From a virus (Duplodnaviria; Caudoviricetes): DNA of 36,097 bases. Each line of letters starts with the position of its first letter. The first letter of the stretch is position 1. Below are positions 10,005 through 19,791 of this stretch, piece after piece. The notes under the pieces were generated by a model. The model was not told the origin of the DNA. It did no database searches and saw nothing but the letters and a program-made list of their open reading frames with translations. Position numbers and translations under genes: made by a program. The DNA is taken from positions 1 to 36,097 of the IMG/VR virus record IMGVR_UViG_3300017971_000536, one strand, 5' to 3'.

Positions 10005-10491
10005 AATACTTCTCTAAAATATATTCAATATGATCGGGTCTAACAAGATCTGGATCATATTCTAGTTCTGGATGTAACTTCTTGAAAATATGTAAATATA
10101 ATAATTCCGAACAGTTACGACCTTCTTTCCAAGGATTTTTCATTTTTATATTAAAAAAACTCATTATATTAACGATAACAATTCCTAAATTTTGCATAAA
10201 GGCATATTTTTTACCAGCTTCTTTAAAACATTCTTTTCTTATTTCCATTTCTAATTTTTCAGGAATAGAAATAGTATAACTTTTTATTATTTTATGTTTT
10301 TGATTAAAAACAGTATGATATTCATAATTTACTTTTCCTTCACTAGCTTGATAGTAAGCATCTCCCCAATCACGTACTGATACTTTTCTAGCAACATGAC
10401 TATATGGTTTATTAGTCCATAGTCTAACTAACCAAGATATAATTGGAAATTTCTTTTTAGATTTTGTAAAAACAATTTGTATTTGTTTCAT
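9997..10491 (-). CDS. permuted papain-like (NlpC/P60 superfamily, YiiX/YaeF-type) peptidase/amidase
   Basis: His precedes Cys: 'PYSHVA' ... 'GKKY' ... 'NCSELL' ... 'LVRPDHI'. Confidence 0.75.
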   Translation of the reverse strand: MKQIQIVFTKSKKKFPIISWLVRLWTNKPYSHVARKVSVRDWGDAYYQASEGKVNYEYHTVFNQKHKIIKSYTISIPEKLEMEIRKECFKEAGKKYAFMQNLGIVIVNIMSFFNIKMKNPWKEGRNCSELLYLHIFKKLHPELEYDPDLVRPDHIEYILEKYYG

Positions 10492-11129
10492 GATTTATCC
10501 TCGTGTAAATTTAAATTAATTCCTATCAGTGTATCTGTATTTGAATTATTTGTATACTCAACAACAACCTGCATGTTTAAAAATAAATCAGCATCATACG
10601 GAAGTTCCTTTTGAGTGCCTTCTTGTTTTATATTCCAATTAAAACCAAATTGATTTAATAAATAATTAGGAATGGTGGTATAAGTTCCAGTAGTTGTATC
10701 AAGAATTTTAAAATTACAGGTATCACCATTGTTTCCATATAAAACTTCAATTCCATTAATTTTACATTTTGTATAGGGTATGATATATATTATATCTTCA
10801 GTGCTATTAGCAGTTATTGTTTGTTGAATACCCTGACCTCTAAAAAATAAATCTTGTTTATCAGCAAAAGGAGAAGCTTTTACCTTTTGTATTTCTTCCA
10901 TTAGATGTTCAGTGGATTTATCTGAAAAATCTAATGAGTATAGTGCTTGACAAATTTCATCTAAATTTTCTGTTTTAAAAGAATCTGTTATAGAATCATA
11001 ATATTGTATTGATACATCTTTTTTATAACCGTCAACATAAAACTTTAAATTATCTTCATAAAAAAAAGGTTTTCCAATTCTTGTTTCAATATCTGATCTA
11101 GTTGTTGAATCAACTTCATATCTATACAT
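10488..11129 (-). CDS. hypothetical structural protein
   Basis: 213-aa ORF overlapping both neighbours, with a beta-rich C-terminal half. Confidence 0.6.
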   Translation of the reverse strand: MYRYEVDSTTRSDIETRIGKPFFYEDNLKFYVDGYKKDVSIQYYDSITDSFKTENLDEICQALYSLDFSDKSTEHLMEEIQKVKASPFADKQDLFFRGQGIQQTITANSTEDIIYIIPYTKCKINGIEVLYGNNGDTCNFKILDTTTGTYTTIPNYLLNQFGFNWNIKQEGTQKELPYDADLFLNMQVVVEYTNNSNTDTLIGINLNLHEDKS

Positions 11130-11628
11130 TTACCAACCTCTCTAGTAATAATTGACTAGTACCAGCTGTATCCATTGTAATAGTTCCAGCTCTAGCCTCT
11201 CTTAGTGTTTCAACTGTAATAACATCACCCGTTGTCATACTAACCCAAGTTGTTATGGTTATACTAGACTCATTATGTCCTGTTGCATTTCTTATATATC
11301 CTGATGCCCCAATAGGACCAAAAGCCACACCATTTAAGCGAAATCTAACAAGTAAATTTGCTCTATTAAATGCAGCTGTAATATGTAAATTAACTGTGCA
11401 TTTTACAAAAGAATCTGAACCTGTTAACTCTATTCCATTACCATTAATTGCCCATCCAGTTCCATTTGTAAGAATGGCTCCATCAATTGGAACTTCAGTT
11501 GGGGTTAAGTTATTTAAATTTGTTGAAATATCTGTATTTACCCGTTGAGCAAATGCCCAAACAGAGTCTGAACCAGTAGAGGATGTTGAATTTTTTGTTG
11601 CTATTGTCCATGGAGTGGAAGAACTCAT
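11122..11628 (-). CDS. C1q/TNF-like jelly-roll virion protein (putative)
   Basis: The pattern 'ITTWVSMTTGDVITVE' resembles C1q/BclA-like C-terminal domains. Confidence 0.5.
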   Translation of the reverse strand: MSSSTPWTIATKNSTSSTGSDSVWAFAQRVNTDISTNLNNLTPTEVPIDGAILTNGTGWAINGNGIELTGSDSFVKCTVNLHITAAFNRANLLVRFRLNGVAFGPIGASGYIRNATGHNESSITITTWVSMTTGDVITVETLREARAGTITMDTAGTSQLLLERLVNV

Positions 11629-12884
11629 GTTTCTCTCCTTTGAAAAGCAGCAGCAACAAGTGTGTGCCGATTTGATCCAATTAATGTAAAATTTACATTT
11701 TCAGGAGTAGCATCTGAAGATATAAGTTTATCATCTACAACCCCATCCGCTGAAGATATAGTTAAATTTAATTTTCGAGTCCATCCAGTTCCATTATTAT
11801 TAAAAGTAACTCCACTATTTCCAGAACCTCCAACTGCTATTGCATATCCACCACTAATAGTGTTTACATCAGCATCCATAATATCCGGTGATCCTGTACC
11901 TGAGTCTGTATTAATAGCATTAAATGGTGTTGTTTGATCCACATATTCGAGAATTGCCCCAAATTCTTGAAAATCTATTGGAGTTCCCGAAGACCAAGTA
12001 ACAGTTAAAGTGTTATTTATCATTAAATCAATTTGCGAATCAGTCCAATAGTAAATTGATGTTGCTTGTTGGAATCCTGATATAATACTTTGTTCAACTA
12101 CCAGTGTTCCAGATTCTCCACCAATTGACATATCACTTACTAGTGTTCCTGTACTATCTTCCCAGACAACTCCAGCTAATAAAATTCTATCAGTTCCTGC
12201 TGTTAAAGTTGGCATAGAACCTTGAATCCAATCTTCTAAAATAGATATATCTTGTGGAATAAAAAAATCTCTAGTGTATATTGGTTCCATTCGGATAATA
12301 AGGTTATCCACATCTGAAACAAAGATTAAATATTGAACATTTACATTATTACCACTAAGAGTGGCATAATTAACTAATTCACCTGCTACTGTAGAACTTA
12401 AAACATACCAATTTCCAACTACTAAACCATGTGCCGGACTAGCAATACTACCACCTTCTTGAATAACAAAATTATTTGAATCAATGATTTCAACAATCAT
12501 TGCATCAGCTCCCGTGTTTATTGAATCTGAAATAGCTAATTGATATTCAGAAGCAACATTATTATAATAAACAGGAAGAACTCCAATACTTGGCAAAGTA
12601 AAACCATGAGACGGTTGATTAATTACAAATCTATCTTTATAATCTCGAAATGTAAATATTGATACTTGTTCTATTCCTTCTTGTGGTTTTAAATCAACAA
12701 ATCCATCATTTATAACTATATCTCCACTATTAATCAATGTTGTCAATTCTGAAATTGATTCTTCATTTGCAGCTTCAATATAATCTTCTGTATTTAATTC
12801 AAACTGACCCGAAGCTGGTATAGTTATTCCCAATATTTCTAAGGAAATATCACTTAGTGTTGTATTTTTTAAAATTTTAACCAT
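11625..12884 (-). CDS. putative tail fibre/spike-associated protein
   Basis: 419 aa, beta-rich and acidic. 'HGLVVGNWYVLSSTVAGEL' is a cement-like segment. Confidence 0.55.
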   Translation of the reverse strand: MVKILKNTTLSDISLEILGITIPASGQFELNTEDYIEAANEESISELTTLINSGDIVINDGFVDLKPQEGIEQVSIFTFRDYKDRFVINQPSHGFTLPSIGVLPVYYNNVASEYQLAISDSINTGADAMIVEIIDSNNFVIQEGGSIASPAHGLVVGNWYVLSSTVAGELVNYATLSGNNVNVQYLIFVSDVDNLIIRMEPIYTRDFFIPQDISILEDWIQGSMPTLTAGTDRILLAGVVWEDSTGTLVSDMSIGGESGTLVVEQSIISGFQQATSIYYWTDSQIDLMINNTLTVTWSSGTPIDFQEFGAILEYVDQTTPFNAINTDSGTGSPDIMDADVNTISGGYAIAVGGSGNSGVTFNNNGTGWTRKLNLTISSADGVVDDKLISSDATPENVNFTLIGSNRHTLVAAAFQRRET

Positions 12885-13369
12885 TAAGTGTCTCCTTTTA
12901 AAATTAAATCAACACCTAAATCTCTTACATTTCCACTAAAAGTTGTTCCTAATCTAACTGCTAGTTGTCTACCTTGAGTAACACTAACATTTAAAGAAAA
13001 TGTTCCACCTCGCGCTGCTACAATACTTACAGTTGTCAATAATGTTAAATTTACTTGATTTCCCTCATGTTCATAAACTTCAATATCATATGTTTCTATA
13101 TTTCTATTAGAACAAGATAATTCAACAATAACTGGATTACTAATTGAAACTGTTACACCAGCTCGATTAGAATTTACATTTCCCGGTCGTCTTAACCATG
13201 TATTTTGAGATAAATTACCAGAACGACCAAAGCTAAAACCAGGAGATGCTGAAGCTCCTATTTCTTCAATTGCTCCTTGAACGTTATCAGAAGTAAATCC
13301 ATTTGTATCATTATCAAATGGAGTGCTTTCCGCAACTTGATTATAATTATCTCTACCTGTTCCTGACAT
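12884..13369 (-). CDS. virion protein with 'FDN..NVQGAIEE' fibre repeat
   Basis: Carries one copy of the repeat found in the 650-aa and 940-aa fibre proteins. Confidence 0.6.
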   Translation of the reverse strand: MSGTGRDNYNQVAESTPFDNDTNGFTSDNVQGAIEEIGASASPGFSFGRSGNLSQNTWLRRPGNVNSNRAGVTVSISNPVIVELSCSNRNIETYDIEVYEHEGNQVNLTLLTTVSIVAARGGTFSLNVSVTQGRQLAVRLGTTFSGNVRDLGVDLILKGDT

Positions 13370-13677
13370 TAGGCTCTCTCAGCTATTTTTATATCCACTG
13401 TTCCTGTTACAGCTAAAACAAAAATTTGTTGTTGATTGGTTGCTTCATAACTAACTAATTGATTTCTAAAATTTAAAAATCCATTAGCCGAAACTGTTCC
13501 TGCAGAAGGAGTTGAGGTTCCATCTCCAAAATAAACATAATAACGACCATCTCCTTGTAATGTAATTACTTTTCGATCTTCTAGTGCACTAGCTCCAACT
13601 TTTACTTCAATTGGAGTAACTGTTCCCACTGAACTTAAAGTACCTTGTGAGGATGGACCATCAAGAGGCTGTAACAT
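13369..13677 (-). CDS. small beta-sandwich virion protein
   Basis: Similar by eye to the C-terminal domain of 13945-14781 (ASALEDRKV vs ASPLADRKY; SANGF vs SADGF). Confidence 0.6.
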   Translation of the reverse strand: MLQPLDGPSSQGTLSSVGTVTPIEVKVGASALEDRKVITLQGDGRYYVYFGDGTSTPSAGTVSANGFLNFRNQLVSYEATNQQQIFVLAVTGTVDIKIAERA

Positions 13678-13889
13678 TATTCTTTTCCTTCTTCTGATTC
13701 AACAACTTTTACAACTTCTAAAATATTTGCATTAATTTTTGGTAAAATAGTTTGTTGCATATGAGCTAAGGCTTTAAAATATTTAATTAATTCTGAAGTT
13801 TCTAATTTAAATTTTGCATGTTTAGCAACTAAATTTAAGAATTCTACAACTTTTTCTTTATCTTCTTCTGTAAATTTCATCTTATCCAT
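13677..13889 (-). CDS. hypothetical protein
   Basis: 70 aa with a strong AAGGAG RBS. Confidence 0.6.
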   Translation of the reverse strand: MDKMKFTEEDKEKVVEFLNLVAKHAKFKLETSELIKYFKALAHMQQTILPKINANILEVVKVVESEEGKE

Positions 13890-13913
13890 GACTAATCTCC
13901 TTTTTAAATATAA

Positions 13914-13935
13914 AGAGGGAGAGAAATCTCCCTCT
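13914..13935 (-). terminator. stem-loop, probable intrinsic terminator
   Basis: AGAGGGAGA-GAAA-TCTCCCTCT perfect 9-bp stem, followed on the minus strand by a T-rich tract. Confidence 0.6.
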
Positions 13936-13944
13936 AAATTAAAA

Positions 13945-14781
13945 CTAACTTAACTCTAGTGTTCTCATATCATGTCCAACTTTTGGAGATACCCATTCAA
14001 TATCAATGGCAGCTCCTGCTCTAAGTTCAAGATAAGATCTTGGTGATAGAGGAAAACCATCTGCTGAAGAAACACCAGAAGCTCCGACATACATTCTTCT
14101 ATTATCGTTATTATAGATATAGAGATATTTTCTATCAGCCAATGGCGAAGCAACAACATCTTCTGCCGTGTTAGCAGCAGCTAAAGTGTTTACAGCATTT
14201 GCAATAGAAGTATTTGCCAAAGCCGCATCATTTACATCAACACTATTAACAACATGTACATTCAAACCACCAGACGTTCCATCTGTTGTTAGTAGTTCCG
14301 CATCTCCAGTTGTTCCATCTATTGCATAAGCAAAAGCGTTAACGTCTTGAGCGCTAATATTTGACAAAGAAGCAGATGCAACTGTAGCCAATGCTCCAGC
14401 TGTTGTTCTTTCAATTTGTTGCACATCGGTCAAAGAAGCCGCTCTAGTATGATGAATTACACCAACATTATCGGGATTAGTATTAGTTACTCCATCATAA
14501 ACACCATCTAAATCAACTGTAATGTCAATTTCAGAACTAGCAATATTTACATCAAGAGCGCCACCTGTAGCCTGTAGTCTGTCCCAATTATCTCCAGAAG
14601 AATCATATCCGAATAGGAAAGATCTCATATCTAACCCTTCAAATGTATTTGCAACATCATCTGCTGATCCATCACCCGATGTAATTAATGAGCCATCACC
14701 CGCAAGGGTATGCGCTCCAACGTGATCACTTTCTGCAATAGTGTCCACATCAGTGGTGTCAAAAACTAAAGCATCTTTCAT
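13945..14781 (-). CDS. virion decoration/fibre-like protein
   Basis: 278 aa, AGGAGG RBS, D/T/A/G-rich, followed by a terminator, which suggests high expression. Confidence 0.6.
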   Translation of the reverse strand: MKDALVFDTTDVDTIAESDHVGAHTLAGDGSLITSGDGSADDVANTFEGLDMRSFLFGYDSSGDNWDRLQATGGALDVNIASSEIDITVDLDGVYDGVTNTNPDNVGVIHHTRAASLTDVQQIERTTAGALATVASASLSNISAQDVNAFAYAIDGTTGDAELLTTDGTSGGLNVHVVNSVDVNDAALANTSIANAVNTLAAANTAEDVVASPLADRKYLYIYNNDNRRMYVGASGVSSADGFPLSPRSYLELRAGAAIDIEWVSPKVGHDMRTLELS

Positions 14782-14808
14782 ATATACCTCCTAAAAGTTA
14801 AATGTGGA

Positions 14809-15777
14809 TTAAACTCTTCTCCACACCTCTATTTCTACTACTATATTATCTTGCGTTGATAATAAATATAAAGTTGTTCCATTAGCAATATCAATGTCTT
14901 CTGAATCCCAAATAAATCCTCGACTAATGGTTCTATAATTAGTTGTTGTTTCTCCAACACCATATGCTAATCTCAATTTTGCCTTATAATCTCTTACTCT
15001 AATTCGAAAACGCTTTGTATCATTTGGTAAAATTTGTGTTGTTTCAACATTTTTTAAAGCTATGGATGTATTTATAATTTCAAGTGTATTTGGATTTTTT
15101 ATATCCACTTCACCTGTAATTTCTACATCAGCAATTGGAAATACTTCAAACTTTTTTTCTTGTGTGTTAAAAACATATTTACTACTTCCATCAAATGGAA
15201 CGTCTATGTTTTTAATTAATTTTTCTTCTCCTTCTTGTACAGTTGTTATAATAAACCCTGTACCCACATCAATGCTATTTGTGGCTGTTCCTTTTCTGGC
15301 ATTTTCAATTTTTAACTTATCTGGAGCTAGTTCTTGAACAACAAAATCATCAATAAATTGCTCTAAGCATCGTTCAGTTGCCAACTTAACGATTTCTGCA
15401 ACATCATTAGTCTCAATTGGTATTTCTATACCACAACTATTTGGAGGCGCAGGATCAATTCCTCCACCTGATACATTATACCAAACATGATATAAAGATT
15501 CATCTTGTTCGGCATATAATGTAAAATATGTATTATTTAAGCTTCCACCAATGTCATCAACAAATGTTACATGACGAATTTCAGCTAAAGTTCCTTCATA
15601 AAATCTAGCATTTGTAACAGAGTCACTAGAATTATACGTTAAATCAACTCTAGAATAAGATGCAGGAACAGAAGTATTAGCACTTGTAGTTCTTAGCGCT
15701 TTATTTTTATCTTCATGTGCTGATCTTAGAACTCCACCAAAATCTAATTGAGAGAACTCTTTATTCTCTTCTGCCAT
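14809..15777 (-). CDS. virion structural protein sharing a domain with the nozzle insertions
   Basis: The 'YFTLY...YHVWYN...DPAPP..GIEIPIETND' module recurs in 4410-8219. Confidence 0.6.
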   Translation of the reverse strand: MAEENKEFSQLDFGGVLRSAHEDKNKALRTTSANTSVPASYSRVDLTYNSSDSVTNARFYEGTLAEIRHVTFVDDIGGSLNNTYFTLYAEQDESLYHVWYNVSGGGIDPAPPNSCGIEIPIETNDVAEIVKLATERCLEQFIDDFVVQELAPDKLKIENARKGTATNSIDVGTGFIITTVQEGEEKLIKNIDVPFDGSSKYVFNTQEKKFEVFPIADVEITGEVDIKNPNTLEIINTSIALKNVETTQILPNDTKRFRIRVRDYKAKLRLAYGVGETTTNYRTISRGFIWDSEDIDIANGTTLYLLSTQDNIVVEIEVWRRV

Positions 15778-15785
15778 AGAACTTC

Positions 15786-15935
15786 CTATTTCTTACCAAG
15801 TTTGTTCCTTAAACTTTTAAAGTATTGAACTTGTCTCTCTCTTTTATTAATTCCTTTTTTAGACTTTGACTCTCCTAATTTTTTAGATCCATCTTTGGAG
15901 TATAAAACATATTTATCGCCTTCTTTTTTTATCAT
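15786..15935 (-). CDS. small basic protein (49 aa), missed by the ORF track
   Basis: AAGGAG RBS, then MIKKEGDKYVLYSKDGSKKLGESKSKKGINKRERQVQYFKSLRNKLGKK*. Fills the gap between two genes. Confidence 0.7.
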   Translation of the reverse strand: MIKKEGDKYVLYSKDGSKKLGESKSKKGINKRERQVQYFKSLRNKLGKK

Positions 15936-15950
15936 AGATACTCCTTATTA

Positions 15951-17903
15951 TTAAACACTAGTTGTTATAGCTCTAAATTTAATCGTGGCATCAACAAATC
16001 CAGCATAATTGGGTGTAGTATATGTTATTTGTCCAGCTGATGTTATATCAATATCAACTAAACTATTATCACCAACTGCACTTTGAGAGATTTCCCAATC
16101 AGCACCTTTTTGTATTCCTTGAATTTCTCTTTCTTCATATAAATCACTAGTAGCATCAACCAAAATGGAGACAACTGCTTGAAAACTTCTAACTGTTCCA
16201 TTTGAAAATGTAAACCCAGAAATATTAGCTGGAGTTGTTTGATTATTTACAAGAGTAAAACTTAATTCAGATATGTCTCCAGTACTACTTAATGCAATTC
16301 CACTTAAAAAATCTGCACGATTCATACTTTTTAATTGACCAGCACTATCATCATGTATCAAAACTAGATCGGCATTATCAACGCTTGTTTCTGAAGTTGT
16401 ACCAGTTATATCAACCGTTAGCGTTCGACTCGTTGTAATATCACCACCACCACTTAAACCAGAATCCACATTTGTATTAATATTTACACTACTATGATCT
16501 ATATGTTCATTTGTAACAAAATTTTCTAAACTATCATGATCAATTTTGGTTTCATCTATTTGAATTTGAAGATCCTCATCTCCACCATCATTTAAAGTTG
16601 TAACTTCTAAAATATCAGAAGTATTTACTCCTTCTGAAACAACTAATGCATCTTCTAGAAATTTTTCAGTTGTATCATTTGAAGAAACTTTAACTCTTTC
16701 ATCGGCTAAGTTTAATGTTTGCCAAGATGCTGTTGTTCCATTTGATTGTAATACTTGATCTGATGATCCTATTGGTAAACGAGCTGCATCTCCTGATCCA
16801 TTTCCTAAAACTAAATCTCCCTCAGTGGTTATTACATCATCTTGTTTTCCAGTTTCTACAGAATCAACTCTAGCTTCAACTTCATCAATAGCCGCTTGAA
16901 CTTGTGTTGCAGCTAATCCTGAAGTAGAATTATCATAGTCAATTTGATTGGCATCATAGTCACTAGCTTGAGCAACAACAACCCCCACTCGTCCAAAAAC
17001 ACTTGTAACAGCATCTGTATTATCAGATTTTTCCCAAATTTTACTATCATTTAAGATTACATAGTCTCCAACACCAAATGTAATTGATCCTGAACCAAGA
17101 TCTTGAGTTCCTGCCACACTTACTCGATAAACGTCTCCAATATTCTCATCAGGATTTCCAGCTCCATCAACAAGAGTTGGAGTATTTGTTGAAGCATCCC
17201 AAGTTCCTTTATATTGAAGAATGGAATTTGGAAGTTGAGCAACTGGGACTTTTCCTCCACTATCTAATGATGCATATCCATTTGCAATTCCTTTATTTGC
17301 AGTATCTTCTTTTAAATCTAATTCTGTTTGAATTTTATCAGCAGACCATAGATTTGTCGTAGTAGTAAGTGCATCATCCAATTCGCGATGTATTGATAGA
17401 TCAGCAATATGTGTATCAATTGCAGAGTGACTATTAGTTCCAATATTTTGAAGTTGAGTATGATCTAGTGCTTGGGCAATATTTCCAATATCCGCTCTTT
17501 TAATATTATTAGAATCTTCTGAATCAGAAATTAATATTTCATCTAGTGAAACAGGAGAAGCTTTATCGGTTTCTCCAGCTATATTCACATCAAGAGTTCT
17601 GGAAGTATTTATACTTCCCCCACCACTTAAACCATCTCCTGCAATCACATCAACTGTTGTGTGATCTATGTGTTCATTTGATTCATAATTTAAAAGTAAG
17701 TTGTGATCAATCTGTGTTTGATCTACATCAATTTCTAATGTTTCATTTCCTCCAGGATTTGTAACAGTTTTTGTTATTTTAGTTGATCCTACTGTAAGTT
17801 TTTCGTCTAAAAAACCTCTAGTTGAATCCGCTAAGGTAACATTAACTTTACCATCTCCCCCACTTGTTGATGAGGCATTTACGAACACATAATGATTTGC
17901 CAT
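15951..17903 (-). CDS. fibre protein with repeats
   Basis: 650 aa. Has 'KGIANGYASLDSGGKVPVAQLP', 'YKGTWDASTNTPTL', 'VTSVFGRVGVV' and a duplicated 'IDH..L.N...NEHIDH..V...GLSGGG.I.TSRTL.V.I.G' unit. Confidence 0.7.
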   Translation of the reverse strand: MANHYVFVNASSTSGGDGKVNVTLADSTRGFLDEKLTVGSTKITKTVTNPGGNETLEIDVDQTQIDHNLLLNYESNEHIDHTTVDVIAGDGLSGGGSINTSRTLDVNIAGETDKASPVSLDEILISDSEDSNNIKRADIGNIAQALDHTQLQNIGTNSHSAIDTHIADLSIHRELDDALTTTTNLWSADKIQTELDLKEDTANKGIANGYASLDSGGKVPVAQLPNSILQYKGTWDASTNTPTLVDGAGNPDENIGDVYRVSVAGTQDLGSGSITFGVGDYVILNDSKIWEKSDNTDAVTSVFGRVGVVVAQASDYDANQIDYDNSTSGLAATQVQAAIDEVEARVDSVETGKQDDVITTEGDLVLGNGSGDAARLPIGSSDQVLQSNGTTASWQTLNLADERVKVSSNDTTEKFLEDALVVSEGVNTSDILEVTTLNDGGDEDLQIQIDETKIDHDSLENFVTNEHIDHSSVNINTNVDSGLSGGGDITTSRTLTVDITGTTSETSVDNADLVLIHDDSAGQLKSMNRADFLSGIALSSTGDISELSFTLVNNQTTPANISGFTFSNGTVRSFQAVVSILVDATSDLYEEREIQGIQKGADWEISQSAVGDNSLVDIDITSAGQITYTTPNYAGFVDATIKFRAITTSV

Positions 17904-17918
17904 TTTATATCCTCAATC

Positions 17919-18293
17919 TTAATGTCTACGTTTAGCTGAATATTGACCATAAATATCAACTGATCCAGAATTTACAGTCCAACCTATACGTACAAAATTT
18001 GAATTACTATCAATAACATCCCATGTAATACTACCACTAGCATCTGTAATATTTTGTGTAGTATCTGGGATTGGAGCGTATGCCTGACCATCTAAAGATC
18101 CTTCTAAAAAGAAATCAATATCATTGCCTACACCATTTTCATATGTAATAGATAAAAGAAATCCACCTTCAGATTTACTAGAATCTGAAGAAATTGTATT
18201 TCCACTTATATTAATTGTTTCAAAAGTAGTTCCGCTTTCATCTCTAGAGCCAATTAAATCTTCTTTTAATATTGAATCTAAAACAAATCCCAT
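17919..18293 (-). CDS. small jelly-roll virion protein (putative)
   Basis: 124 aa with the pattern 'LEGSLDGQAY...FVRIGWT'. Confidence 0.55.
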   Translation of the reverse strand: MGFVLDSILKEDLIGSRDESGTTFETINISGNTISSDSSKSEGGFLLSITYENGVGNDIDFFLEGSLDGQAYAPIPDTTQNITDASGSITWDVIDSNSNFVRIGWTVNSGSVDIYGQYSAKRRH

Positions 18294-18294
18294 T

Positions 18295-18876
18295 CTATCT
18301 CTCCATTCTTTTTTTCAAAGCTTCAATTGCTTTTTTTCTTTCTTCTGGACTTGCTGACATATCTTCAAATACAGCTTCTGGTGATCCTCTTTCTGGTCCT
18401 ATTTCATCAACATCACCTAGAATTGGAATAGCTGCTGACGCATCTCCACTTGTTAAAGCTGATATAAGTCCTCCAACTAATGGAACTGCTTTTAAACCTT
18501 TACCTGCAACTTTTCCTGCAGATTTCATAAGTTTTTTTAATTGCATTTTTCTAGCATTTTTTCTCATTGCATCACTAGCATCAGCTAATTGCATTGTTGC
18601 TTTTGATGTATCAATTTTTTTTGTTGTCCCAGGAACCGTTGCAATTTTTTCTTGAGTATTTATTTTATCAGTTACATTTTTTATTATTTTAGGTTCGGTT
18701 CTTTCTTCAACGGCTTTGTCTCTAATAGCATTTAAAAGTTGTTGTTCTTTTTCTTTAATTAGTCTCATTTCATCTTCTGGAATATCTTCAGATAAACTTT
18801 TAAGATATCTTTTTCTTGCTAATTTTTTATATTGATTTCTTAATTGACTTGAACTAAGTTTTTTTTCTTCAGCCAT
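18295..18876 (-). CDS. hypothetical protein (possible internal virion protein)
   Basis: 193 aa, charged, with a 'GKGLKAVPLVGGLISA' segment. Confidence 0.6.
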   Translation of the reverse strand: MAEEKKLSSSQLRNQYKKLARKRYLKSLSEDIPEDEMRLIKEKEQQLLNAIRDKAVEERTEPKIIKNVTDKINTQEKIATVPGTTKKIDTSKATMQLADASDAMRKNARKMQLKKLMKSAGKVAGKGLKAVPLVGGLISALTSGDASAAIPILGDVDEIGPERGSPEAVFEDMSASPEERKKAIEALKKRMER

Positions 18877-19088
18877 TATTTATCCTTATCTGTATGTTTT
18901 CGAAATCCATAAAGAGCACCAGCTGCCCCAACTGCTGTTGCAAAGTCAGCTCCACTAAAACTACTAATAGTAAAATCTTTATACTCTAATCCAGAAATTA
19001 AAAGCTTTACTAAACAAGCAGCAAAAGTAACCATTAAAATAGTTAAAGTTGCTGATTTTTCGTTAGTTTTTGGATCTTTTAGCCACAT
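18876..19088 (-). CDS. holin-like two-TM membrane protein
   Basis: Probable start ATG 19088 (TAATG overlap with the upstream stop). Two hydrophobic segments and a charged C-tail 'FRKHTDKDK'. Confidence 0.5.
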   Translation of the reverse strand: MWLKDPKTNEKSATLTILMVTFAACLVKLLISGLEYKDFTISSFSGADFATAVGAAGALYGFRKHTDKDK

Positions 19089-19780
19089 TATACAGCTCCA
19101 GCTTTCCATTCATCAAAAGTTGGTACAGAATAATCAAGTTTTTGTTGATCTTCAACTTTTTGAGGAAGATCTCTCAAGTGTTGTCTATATTGTCTATATT
19201 CTGCTTTTTCTTCAGAAGAAAGAGGAGCATCTGCTAATTGTGTAAAATCTGTTTTCCACAATTTTTCATCTCTTTCTTTTTTCATAACATCCATTGGAAG
19301 TTGTTCTTGTTCGGCTTCATATTGAACTTTAAAAGCTTGACTTTTATTTTCACAATCTTGTAACCGTTGTTCAGCTAAATCCTTATCCTCATGTTTTAAA
19401 ATTTCATCACGAAAATATGCATCAGGATTAGCAATACTATTATCAACTGCCATTCTAGAATCAAAAAGTTGACTCCATCTTTCTTTTAAATCTTGAATAC
19501 GAGCAACTTCAGCTAAACGAGCATCTTCAATGTCTCTTAGTTCTTGTTTATATATTTCTAATTCATCCGCCAAATCAACAGCAGATGGTTTTACTCCTTT
19601 ATCTGGATTTAATTGAGCAACAGAATAAGATAGATCTTTAATAGGATTTCCATCTCCATCAAGTTCATTACCATCGGGATGAATCCAGTTATCTTTTTCT
19701 CCAACTATATCTAAAAGTCTTTCAGCGAGAAAATATTCTCGATCTTTTACTACCAGATTATCAATTTGTTCATATGTCAT
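19088..19780 (-). CDS. tail fibre assembly chaperone-domain protein
   Basis: C-terminal 'ERDEKLWKTDFTQLADAPLS...YRQYRQHLRDLPQ' is the phage tail assembly chaperone signature. Lies directly after the fibre gene. Confidence 0.75.
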   Translation of the reverse strand: MTYEQIDNLVVKDREYFLAERLLDIVGEKDNWIHPDGNELDGDGNPIKDLSYSVAQLNPDKGVKPSAVDLADELEIYKQELRDIEDARLAEVARIQDLKERWSQLFDSRMAVDNSIANPDAYFRDEILKHEDKDLAEQRLQDCENKSQAFKVQYEAEQEQLPMDVMKKERDEKLWKTDFTQLADAPLSSEEKAEYRQYRQHLRDLPQKVEDQQKLDYSVPTFDEWKAGAV

Positions 19781-19791
19781 TTATAACTCCA

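Noticed and set aside
19250-19270. Internal 'EKLWKTD' in the chaperone resembling the array tag
   Set aside because: It is internal, lacks the [LIV]N ending and is explained by the chaperone signature.
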